Assembly: GCA_043802685.1 (NCBI GenBank) | Contig: JAZDKT010000078.1 | Span: 1 to 41,469, forward strand | Direction: 5' to 3' | Length of the DNA stretch: 41,469 nt | From: Candidatus Falkowbacteria bacterium | GTDB lineage: Bacteria; Patescibacteriota; Patescibacteriia; Patescibacteriales; VMTK01 | Shown: in pieces, positions 32,874-40,713 of the stretch | Layout of the letters: every line of letters starts with the position of its first letter | How positions within the stretch are numbered: position 1 is the stretch's first letter | Made by a program: the position numbers and the translations under genes | Notes under the pieces: model-generated | Databases searched by the model: none | Seen by the model: the letters and a program-made list of their open reading frames with translations, nothing else | What the model was told of the DNA's origin: nothing

Positions 32874-33273
32874 ATAACCTAGAAGACTTTAATTTATCTT
32901 TTGCTTGATCCAATATATCAAAATTCTCTTTTTCTGCCATTCTTAATTCATCTATAAACTCCTTGCTTTTGCTTTGCAGCTTTTTTAATAACATTATCCT
33001 CATCTCTAAATTTTTTTCTAATTCCTTAACTTCCTGATAGGTCTTTTCTAAAGCTATTTGTTCCCGCGCTATTTCCTTTTGATGCTCATTTATTTTTTTA
33101 ATTAAATCAATGTTCTCTTCTTTTACTTTTGAATTAATTTGTTGCGCTTCTTCCTTTAAGGGAGAAAGCGGTTTTCTGCTCATAGCAAACTCTATCTGGG
33201 GCGCTTTGTTTAATTCTTCCCCTGCCTCCTTTAATCCTTCTATGATGCTTTTGGGGCTTGCATTTGATTCCAT
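32866..33273 (-). CDS. coiled-coil protein, hypothetical
   Basis: 135 aa with heptad-rich K/E sequence. It overlaps the 3' end of the AAA+ gene by 34 nt and the next gene by 8 nt. Confidence 0.4.
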   Translation of the reverse strand: MESNASPKSIIEGLKEAGEELNKAPQIEFAMSRKPLSPLKEEAQQINSKVKEENIDLIKKINEHQKEIAREQIALEKTYQEVKELEKNLEMRIMLLKKLQSKSKEFIDELRMAEKENFDILDQAKDKLKSSRLYE

Positions 33274-35450
33274 ATTATTTTAAAATGATTATTAGTAATT
33301 TTAAATTTTTGGCAGTTTTTTAAACTTTTTAACCCGACCGCTTCACTGCCTGCCCGCAAAGCCTTAGTAAGCGGGCGCGAATCATCGCGGATAAATTTAA
33401 CAAATTCTCTAATAGCTAAAATTGAAGCTTGCTTGCAAATGGCTTCAATATCAGATCCTACTAATCCTTTGCTTTCTTTAGCTAAATTTTCTAAATTCAC
33501 ATCTTTAGCCAATGGCTTGCCTCTTGTATGAATTTTAAATATCTCCAACCTTGTTTTCCCATCCGGCTTTGGCACCTCTAAAATAAAATAAAAGCGGCCG
33601 GTTCGGCGCAATGCAGGGTCAATCAAATCCAAGCGGTTGGTAGCTCCAAGGATTACAACCCCTTTAAGCTCTTCAATGCCATCAAGTTCAGTTAAAAATT
33701 GGCTTACTACTCTCTGAGTTACAGAGGAGTCAACGTTTTGGCTGCGAGCAGGAACCAAACTGTCCAGCTCATCAAAAAAAACAATGCAAGGACTGGCTTG
33801 CTTAGCTTTTTTAAAAACTTCCCTTACTGCTTTTTCAGATTCTCCTATGTATTTTGATAAAAGCTCAGGACCCTTGACAGAAATAAAATTTACGCCGCAT
33901 TCAGACGCTACTGCTTTGGCTATTAAAGTCTTGCCTGTTCCGGGAGGGCCGTAAAGCAAAATTCCTTTAGACGGACTGGTTTTGGTATAATCAAAAAGTT
34001 TGCTATATTTCAATGGCCACTCAATGGTTTCTTTTAAGGTCTGCTTTATTTGTTCCAAACCTCCCACATCCTTCCACCTAACATCAGGAATTTCAGTAAA
34101 AATTTCTCTTAAAGCTGACGGCTCAACTTCTTTTAATGCTTCTATAAAATAATCCGCGGTTACTTCCATCTCTAAAAGTTTTTTATAAGGAATATATTCT
34201 TTAGCAAATTCAATCTCCGGCATGATTTTTCGCAGAGCCGACATGGCTGCCTCTCTAACCAAAGCTTCTAAGTCTGCCCCCACAAAGCCATGGGTTATTT
34301 CAGATAGCTTGTCTAAATTAACATCTTCTCCCAGGGGCATGCCTCTAGTATAAATTTCCAATATTTCTTTTCTGCCATTTTTATCAGGAATACTAATGGC
34401 AATCTCTCTATCAAATCGGCCCGGTCTTCGCAATGCCGGATCCAGGGTATTGGGAATATTAGTGATTCCAATAACTACCAAATTGCCCCTTGATTCCAAG
34501 CCATCCATTAAAGCCAGCAATTGGGCAACCACTCTTCTTTCCACTTGTTTTTCTCCGCCCATATCCTCTCTTTTAGGGGCAATGCCGTCAATTTCATCTA
34601 TAACTAAAATGGCAGGGGCATTAGCTTGGGCATCCTCAAATACTTCTCTTAATCTTGCTTCTGACTCCCCATAAAATTTGCCCATGATTTCAGGCCCGGA
34701 AATAGAAGTAAAATAAGCATCAGTTTCGTTAGCTACCGCTCTGGCAATCAAAGTTTTGCCGCAACCAGGGGGTCCGTATAATAAAACTCCCTTGGGAGGA
34801 TCTATGCCTAATCTCTCAAAAACCTCGGGATATTTTAAGGGAAGTTCAATCATCTCTCTAATCCTGCCGATTTCTTTTTTAAGTCCTCCGATGTCTTCAT
34901 AAGTGACTCCTACTCCCTGCTTGTCTTTTGCTTCTCCCTTGATCTTGATTAAAGTAGCGGGAGTAATCAAAACAGCTCCTTGAGGGTCAGTAGCTTCCAC
35001 TAAAAAATCCTGGGATTTACTGCCAAAAAAGGTTACTCTTATTTTATTTCCTTTTAAAACCGGGGTGCCGTCTAATATTTTGGCCAAATATTCACTACTT
35101 TCTTGTTTTTTAAAAGATCCGTCTAAACTTAAAGGAGATAAAACTAAAGTATTAGCTTTCTCATAAGAAGTCTTTTGAATTTCAACCTTTTCATCTAAAC
35201 CTGTCTTAAGGTTGTCTCGCGCTATGCCATCTATTTGAACAATCTCTTTGCCGCGATCTTCTGAATAAGCGGGCATTAATTTGGCTACTACTTCTTTACC
35301 CTCCACTTTTAACCTAATTATATCTCCTGCATCTGCCTGAATTTTTGCAAAATATTCAGGGTCTACTCTGGCTATTGCCCTGCCCGCGTCCTTGCTCCGG
35401 GCTTCTGCTATCTTAAGAACTATTGATTTTGTTTGCGCTTTTTTAATCAT
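33240..35450 (-). CDS. Cdc48/VAT/p97-like double-ring AAA+ ATPase
   Basis: Cdc48-type N-domain ([22 protein letters not shown]...[11 protein letters not shown]). Two AAA modules carry Walker A GPPGCGKT and GPPGTGKT and Walker B ILVIDEID and IVFFDELD, with second-region-of-homology motifs. Confidence 0.88.
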   Translation of the reverse strand: MIKKAQTKSIVLKIAEARSKDAGRAIARVDPEYFAKIQADAGDIIRLKVEGKEVVAKLMPAYSEDRGKEIVQIDGIARDNLKTGLDEKVEIQKTSYEKANTLVLSPLSLDGSFKKQESSEYLAKILDGTPVLKGNKIRVTFFGSKSQDFLVEATDPQGAVLITPATLIKIKGEAKDKQGVGVTYEDIGGLKKEIGRIREMIELPLKYPEVFERLGIDPPKGVLLYGPPGCGKTLIARAVANETDAYFTSISGPEIMGKFYGESEARLREVFEDAQANAPAILVIDEIDGIAPKREDMGGEKQVERRVVAQLLALMDGLESRGNLVVIGITNIPNTLDPALRRPGRFDREIAISIPDKNGRKEILEIYTRGMPLGEDVNLDKLSEITHGFVGADLEALVREAAMSALRKIMPEIEFAKEYIPYKKLLEMEVTADYFIEALKEVEPSALREIFTEIPDVRWKDVGGLEQIKQTLKETIEWPLKYSKLFDYTKTSPSKGILLYGPPGTGKTLIAKAVASECGVNFISVKGPELLSKYIGESEKAVREVFKKAKQASPCIVFFDELDSLVPARSQNVDSSVTQRVVSQFLTELDGIEELKGVVILGATNRLDLIDPALRRTGRFYFILEVPKPDGKTRLEIFKIHTRGKPLAKDVNLENLAKESKGLVGSDIEAICKQASILAIREFVKFIRDDSRPLTKALRAGSEAVGLKSLKNCQKFKITNNHFKIIWNQMQAPKAS

Positions 35451-35547
35451 AAATCATGAAACAATCCTTCGGCGTATTTATATTCGCATGCAGACATAAT
35501 TTGCGGCATTGGGATTATATCTGTGTGAATTAACCCGCTAACTTTTT

Positions 35548-36114
35548 CTAAAATATTTTTTTTAACTTCACTTTTAATATCCCGTTTTTAAAATCTATTT
35601 TACGGGACTGGAAATCTACGCTGTCCGGCAGTAAAATCTCTTTGGCATATTTCCTGTCTTGATTACCGGCTTCAATTATAAGAATGTCTTTCTTGAGATC
35701 AAGTTTAATGGCTTTTTCATCAATGCCGGGAAGTTCAGCGATAATTAAAATGTGATCCTTCTCGTTAAAAACATCAACTATCGGCTCTCTATTTTCCACA
35801 ACCTCAACTTCCTTTTTACCGGCTTTTTTTTCAACAGGCCGAATATTGCCAAAAGTTTGCACTCGCGGCCGGCCGCCAATACCGCTTCTTATTGAAAATC
35901 CATAAACCCCTTTAGCATCCTTTCCTTTTCCCAAACCCCTGATTTTTCCTTCTTTTCTAATCTCTCCCCCGGCTTCTTCAACTTTTTCCGCTAAATCAAT
36001 AAATTTCCCCAATCCCTTAATTAATCCTCCAACCAAAGGCAAATCTTCAAGCATCTCTAATTCTTCCCTTGCCTGATCAGTGTTCTTTTTTTCACTTTTT
36101 TTATATTTAACCAT
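35548..36114 (-). CDS. Hsp20/alpha-crystallin domain protein (GvpH-like position)
   Basis: The C-terminal alpha-crystallin pattern is VDVFNEKDHILIIAELPGIDEKAIKLDLKKDILIIEA......YAKEILLP..VD.....IDFKNGILKVKLKK. Confidence 0.7.
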   Translation of the reverse strand: MVKYKKSEKKNTDQAREELEMLEDLPLVGGLIKGLGKFIDLAEKVEEAGGEIRKEGKIRGLGKGKDAKGVYGFSIRSGIGGRPRVQTFGNIRPVEKKAGKKEVEVVENREPIVDVFNEKDHILIIAELPGIDEKAIKLDLKKDILIIEAGNQDRKYAKEILLPDSVDFQSRKIDFKNGILKVKLKKIF

Positions 36115-36123
36115 ACCCTAAAA

Positions 36124-36462
36124 TCAATAGTTTAGAATTAATTTTCCTTTTTTATCTTTACCTAAACCAAACCTACTCAGCCTTTCAGGAAGAACAATTT
36201 TTCTTGCCCCGTTAAAAAATTTTTGACTTCTAACGAGGTGAAGATTCCGGTCTTTTTTTCTTGCGGCTATTAACTTTCCTTTATCTTTTATATTGCACAA
36301 TTTGGAGCGCGAAAAATCAATACAACTTTCCCTTGCCAAGCTCTCGCAAATAAGCCGGGCATAATCAATACTAATGTTCGCTTCTCTGGTAATAATATTA
36401 ACTGAAGCCTCTCCTCCCCAATCCCAAATTATCTCTAAAACTCTTTGTTCATTTGTAGTCAT
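36124..36462 (-). CDS. small putative winged-helix protein, paralog of 32412..32873
   Basis: See the N-terminal alignment to 32412..32873. The C-terminal tail is KKGKLILNY. Confidence 0.4.
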   Translation of the reverse strand: MTTNEQRVLEIIWDWGGEASVNIITREANISIDYARLICESLARESCIDFSRSKLCNIKDKGKLIAARKKDRNLHLVRSQKFFNGARKIVLPERLSRFGLGKDKKGKLILNY

Positions 36463-36472
36463 AAATCTAATG

Positions 36473-36820
36473 CTAATATCCTAATACTATCTTTCCTTTT
36501 TTCTTCCCGCCGACATTTGAGCTGCGGCCGCTTCCTCCTTCTGCCGCCCCTCGTATCTTAACTGCTGTTTGAGTAGCTTTGGCAAGAAGTTTGTTCATTT
36601 CTTTTTCCACATCTTCCAATCTTGTTTGCAGTTGCACTTTTCTTCTTCTTGTCCTTTTTAACTCCCCTGTTAATCTATCTTTTTCATTCCTTCGCATATA
36701 CAAATCTAAAATAGCCGTAGTGGGAAGATCTGGTTTGCCGCTTTTTTTCACTGCTCCGGTGTATGTCCTTAAATCATGAAGACTATTAACATCTTGAAAC
36801 GTTTTTATTGATGTTTTCAT
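36473..36820 (-). CDS. small basic coiled-coil protein (possibly GvpV-like)
   Basis: ILDLYMRRNEKDRLTGELKRTRRRKVQLQTRLEDVEKEMNKLL is reminiscent of the short coiled-coil GvpV-type proteins found next to gvpN in cyanobacteria and Serratia. This is from memory only. The C-terminal tail is KKGKIVLGY. Confidence 0.35.
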   Translation of the reverse strand: MKTSIKTFQDVNSLHDLRTYTGAVKKSGKPDLPTTAILDLYMRRNEKDRLTGELKRTRRRKVQLQTRLEDVEKEMNKLLAKATQTAVKIRGAAEGGSGRSSNVGGKKKGKIVLGY

Positions 36821-36829
36821 AATTTTTAG

Positions 36830-37771
36830 TTAACAGTATTTTTTAATTAAATCTTTAACCAAATTTTCTATTTCTTTGCGGCGCGGCGACCATGGGCTGC
36901 GAGTAGTCTGTGAAACTAATACATCTTTAGCTAATTGTTTAAATTGCGAGTCAGAAGCCGAAACCTTTCCTTTGATAGCTCCTAAAACCTTGCCAAGAAT
37001 AATACAACTGCGGACAGTCGGAGGAAATTCACAAGGATTGCTTGTTCTCATTCCTCTTACTATATCAACGATTTTTTCCGCGTCTTCCTTGGGAATCCCT
37101 GATTTAGCCTGGGTTATTGCAACCTCGGTTTTTCTGTCAAAATACTCTAAATCCATTGTTACCATTCTATCCCTTAAAGCATCCTGCGCTTTATGAGTGC
37201 CGGCATATTCTTCAGGATTAGAAGTAAAGATTGCGCAAAAATCAGGATGAACTTTTAAGTAGTGGCGCTCATCTCCGTCTCTTTTCATCGGCAGGTCCAT
37301 TACTTTCTCTTGTAAAATTGAAAGTAAAATATTATTAGCTTCCGGTTTTGATCTGGTAAACTCATCATATATTAAAGTAAAGCCATGCTTGCAGGCGATA
37401 GTCAAGCGATTATCCATCCAGCGCTTAGACATATCTTGTTCTACTTTTAGGACGCTGGAAATAAAATTATCCTTTAAATATCTGTAGTGATATCCCTGCT
37501 CGCCTCCTACTAAATCAGAAGTTTTATGTTCTTCGTCGCCATGAAACAAAACCACCGGCCTGCCAATCTTGCTTGCCACATGCAGAGCCATGGTTGTTTT
37601 ACCGGTTCCCGTAGGACCTCTAAAATGAACCGGGATGCCAACTTTAAAATAATTTAAAGCTCGACTGGTAATCCGCTTTACATACGGAGTTTCAATAAAG
37701 TCAGCCATTGGCCGCGCCTCAATAACCGCTTGCTCTTCTTCTGTTGATAAATAAGGCATATAATAATCCAA
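36830..37771 (-). CDS. gvpN: gas vesicle AAA+ ATPase GvpN
   Basis: FRGPTGTGKTTMALHVA (Walker A), LIYDEFTRS (Walker B) and the size (~310 aa) are typical of GvpN (MoxR/CbbQ-like). Confidence 0.85.
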   Translation of the reverse strand: MDYYMPYLSTEEEQAVIEARPMADFIETPYVKRITSRALNYFKVGIPVHFRGPTGTGKTTMALHVASKIGRPVVLFHGDEEHKTSDLVGGEQGYHYRYLKDNFISSVLKVEQDMSKRWMDNRLTIACKHGFTLIYDEFTRSKPEANNILLSILQEKVMDLPMKRDGDERHYLKVHPDFCAIFTSNPEEYAGTHKAQDALRDRMVTMDLEYFDRKTEVAITQAKSGIPKEDAEKIVDIVRGMRTSNPCEFPPTVRSCIILGKVLGAIKGKVSASDSQFKQLAKDVLVSQTTRSPWSPRRKEIENLVKDLIKKYC

Positions 37772-37831
37772 TAAAATTTAGATGATTTTAGATAGAATAA
37801 ATTTGACCTTGAATGTCAAAATTTTTTATTT

Positions 37832-38350
37832 TTATTTCTTTTTTTTACTTTTTTCTTTTGTTGTTGCGTGCGTTTCCTCTAATGCATCTTCTTTTTCTGC
37901 CGCTATCTCTTTGCCTTTTGAGCCAGCCCAATAATGAGCGGCTTCTTTTCGTTCTATTCTATAACCGCCAAGAAGAGATTTAGTGGATCTTCTGATTTCC
38001 TCCACTACCGCATTAACATCTTTCATTGTTGCTTTAAAATCAGCTATCCTTTTGTCTTTACTATCGGCTATAAAACTTTTTACACCGCCTTTTATGTCTT
38101 TAACATCGGACTTTATTCCTTGAATCATATTATGAAAATTTTTCTTTCTTGCCTCTTCGCTTTTGCTTAAAAAATCTTTAAGCTCTATGGACATTTCTCT
38201 TAATTCACTGCCCATGTTTTTCATGTAATCATCAGCTGATCCCAAAATATTTCTACTTTCCTTTTTTATCTCGTTAATACTATCCCTTCTGTCTTTATGG
38301 TTAATTTTAATTTCAACTGCTAAATTTTTCATTTCTTGCGCCCAAGCCAT
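37832..38350 (-). CDS. coiled-coil protein, paralog of 39096..39632
   Basis: Shared blocks are RKKNFHNMIQGI vs RKKDFNKMMEDI, and IERKEAAHYWAG vs MEREKVAVEWEG. Lys/Glu-rich with a predicted helical repeat character. Confidence 0.5.
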   Translation of the reverse strand: MAWAQEMKNLAVEIKINHKDRRDSINEIKKESRNILGSADDYMKNMGSELREMSIELKDFLSKSEEARKKNFHNMIQGIKSDVKDIKGGVKSFIADSKDKRIADFKATMKDVNAVVEEIRRSTKSLLGGYRIERKEAAHYWAGSKGKEIAAEKEDALEETHATTKEKSKKKK

Positions 38351-38532
38351 AATTTTATATAAATTTAAAATTTAGGATTCTCGCCCTGTTAAATATAGAA
38401 TTATCTAAACAGAGCGAACTTTAAATTTCAAATTTTTAAATTAAAAATTATTTTATATTTCGACCTTTTGATTATTAGACCTGTTGCGTAATAAGTTGCG
38501 TGACAATCCTATTAAAATTCTTTGACAAAAAA

Positions 38533-38838
38533 TTAATAATTGCCAATCTCCGGCAACCCGGTATCAGCGCCCAGCCCCTTCCTGCCTTTTCTACCGTCTT
38601 TCGGAACCACTCCTCTGCCTTTGCAAACAGAACAAGCCAATCTATGATGAGCAAAAACCCCTGTTCCATTGCAAGCCGTGCATGTCTGGTGTGGAATATC
38701 CGCAATCATAACTATTCCCTTTCCTAAACAAACTTGGCAATTAGAAAGAATTGAGGGAACTCCAAAAGGATCTTTGCCTTTGCCTTTGCAAAAGGCGCAA
38801 ACAGCTTTTTTATAATTAATCGCTATTTTCTTAGGCAT
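38533..38838 (-). CDS. DnaJ-type cysteine-rich zinc-finger protein (4 x CxxCxGxG)
   Basis: CAFCKGKG, CQVCLGKG, CTACNGTG and CSVCKGRG are the four-repeat zinc-centre pattern of the DnaJ central domain. No J-domain is present. Confidence 0.65.
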   Translation of the reverse strand: MPKKIAINYKKAVCAFCKGKGKDPFGVPSILSNCQVCLGKGIVMIADIPHQTCTACNGTGVFAHHRLACSVCKGRGVVPKDGRKGRKGLGADTGLPEIGNY

Positions 38839-38870
38839 AAAGCTTTTATTATAAATATTTTAATATTTTT

Positions 38871-38981
38871 AGGAATTACGCGTTTGGCAATATTTTATTA
38901 TCAGCACCGAGTGCTGTCGCAGCACTCGGTGCTGATAATAAAATAACAGTTTTGCTTTTTACATTCAAGCGCGTAATTCCT
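38871..38981. repeat. nested palindrome: perfect 22-bp arms with a 3-nt loop, inside 12-bp outer arms
   Basis: The inner pair is TTATTATCAGCACCGAGTGCTG tcg CAGCACTCGGTGCTGATAATAA (38895-38941). The outer pair is AGGAATTACGCG (38871-38882) and CGCGTAATTCCT (38970-38981). Confidence 0.9.
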
Positions 38982-39095
38982 AATTTTACTAAACTTTGGC
39001 GCTTTTGGCGATAATTGGCGATAATTTAGCGAGAGAGATGTTTTCTAATCTGCGATTCTGCTCCAAAGCGCTCCAAAGGCGCCAAAGTCCTGATT

Positions 39096-39632
39096 TTATT
39101 TCTGTCTTTTTTGGGCCATTAAAGCCACCATGCCTTCCCATTCTACGGCCACTTTTTCCCGCTCCATTTTAAAATTCTCAAGCATTTTATGAATTTCTGA
39201 TTGCATTTGATCAAACTCTATTTTTATATTTCCTGAACTCTTTTTTCCTCTGATTTCTTGTTCTTTTTTAATTTTTACTAAAGTTTTCTTAAAATCTTTA
39301 AGTCTTAACTCTTCCCCCTTGCTAAGCATTTCTCTAAGATATTTAACTACTGCGGTTTCTTGATCCTGAAAATCAGTTAACATCTGTTTTACATTTTCTT
39401 CACGATTTTTTTGAGCAAATAAAATATCCTCCATCATCTTATTGAAATCTTTTTTTCTTAAAGATTGAAATTTAGCCAAAGCTTCCCTAAGTTCCTCTCC
39501 CATCCTTTTCCTTTTTTGCTTAAATTCTTCCAGCAATCTTCTGGTGTCTTCAACTATCTCTCCAACTACTTTTATGCGAACTTCATAAGCGGCCACGATA
39601 TCTTTGGCGATTTTAAAATTACTACTACCCAT
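39096..39632 (-). CDS. coiled-coil protein, paralog of 37832..38350, second gene after gvpA
   Basis: See the paralog blocks listed for 37832..38350. 178 aa, K/E-rich. Confidence 0.5.
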   Translation of the reverse strand: MGSSNFKIAKDIVAAYEVRIKVVGEIVEDTRRLLEEFKQKRKRMGEELREALAKFQSLRKKDFNKMMEDILFAQKNREENVKQMLTDFQDQETAVVKYLREMLSKGEELRLKDFKKTLVKIKKEQEIRGKKSSGNIKIEFDQMQSEIHKMLENFKMEREKVAVEWEGMVALMAQKRQK

Positions 39633-39882
39633 ATTTTAATAAAGCTTTAATAAATATACAAAAGCTTGTATTTACTATTTTGGCTTATCATTAATCATTC
39701 ATCTTATTAGTCCATAAAAAATTCTGTCTAAACAAATAAAATAATCAGCAGTTTGGGACATGCTTAAAGCTTGGGAAAAATTCCCCGCAAAGGGTAAAAA
39801 AATTTGCGCTTTGCCATGTTGCATTAAGGATGTCTCAAACAAAAAAATTTTTAGATTACTCCTAAAGAGTCATCTTAAAACG

Positions 39883-40086
39883 CTAAGCAGTGGCGGTAAG
39901 GCCAATAGCCTCTGCGTATTTCAGCCAAGTCTCAACAGAAGCAACTACTGCTCGAACTTCTACCGCTAAAAGTTCAATGCCGACTAATGATACTCTTACC
40001 CAAGCGTCAATTACAACGCCTTTGTCAAGAATTCTATCAACTACTTCCACTAAGCTTGAACTGGCCATTGATTTTTCTACAGCCAT
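39883..40086 (-). CDS. gvpA: major gas vesicle structural protein GvpA
   Basis: [63 protein letters not shown] is near-identical in pattern to canonical GvpA. The start is placed at MAVEK (40086); an upstream in-frame ATG at 40101 would add MKIKD. Confidence 0.93.
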   Translation of the reverse strand: MAVEKSMASSSLVEVVDRILDKGVVIDAWVRVSLVGIELLAVEVRAVVASVETWLKYAEAIGLTATA

Positions 40087-40634
40087 ATCTTTTATTTTCA
40101 TTCAGTCAAGCCAAAGCTAAATAATATGAAATGACTGGATGAAATTTATTAATAGTTTATTAAAATTCGACCTTTGTTATTTTATTAAAAATAATATCAC
40201 CGCATGATTTCATTTTGAAGAAAAAGTTTTTCTGTAACGATCTTGATGCTCCGGCGAGGAAGAAGAAATAAAATATCGTTTTTTTCTCCCTTGTATTAAT
40301 CGTTGAAATAATTTAATTAATTTTTGTTTTATCTTGTCCCGCATAATAATTTTTATATTTTAATAATTTTAACCAACAAAAAAACCTAAAAAAATTTAGG
40401 TTTTCCATTTTTTGGGTGCCGACCCTTTTTATTAAATTGTCATTTCTTGCCTGATTAAATAAATCATCTTGCGCAACGCCTGAAACAATATAATTATTCT
40501 TAATCATTATTATAGCAAACTGTTTTAAACTATGCAATGCCTTTTATTACCTGTCTCTTATTGTTAACACTTTGAAGCCAACAAGAAACACAAATTAATT
40601 TATAAATGATATTCTTTGTATTTTTTATCCATTT

Positions 40635-40654
40635 TTGTTTCTTATAAGAAACAA
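40635..40654. promoter_or_regulatory. perfect 20-bp palindrome, operator candidate between gvpA and the XRE gene
   Basis: TTGTTTCTTATAAGAAACAA. A related half-site, AAGAAACA, lies at about 40584-40591. Confidence 0.3.
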
Positions 40655-40703
40655 ATTATTCACTATTGCCCTAATTTATTTTTTATGATATCTTAATTAA
40701 TGC

Positions 40704-40713
40704 GGGGGGGGGG
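40704..40713. repeat. G10 homopolymer
   Basis: tgc-GGGGGGGGGG-atttcgcg, in an otherwise AT-rich spacer 118 nt upstream of the XRE start. Confidence 0.9.

Noticed and set aside
39633-39882. Intrinsic terminator directly after gvpA.
   Set aside because: Only weak stems are present in the 250-nt gvpA-downstream spacer (for example GCAAAG...CTTTGC with a 16-nt loop), with no clean stem plus U-run. The stronger structure lies one gene further on, at 38871-38981.
40313-40537. 74-aa minus-strand ORF in the gvpA/XRE spacer.
   Set aside because: The translation is low-complexity and AT-driven with no motif. It lies in what looks like a regulatory region. It may be spurious or a decayed remnant.
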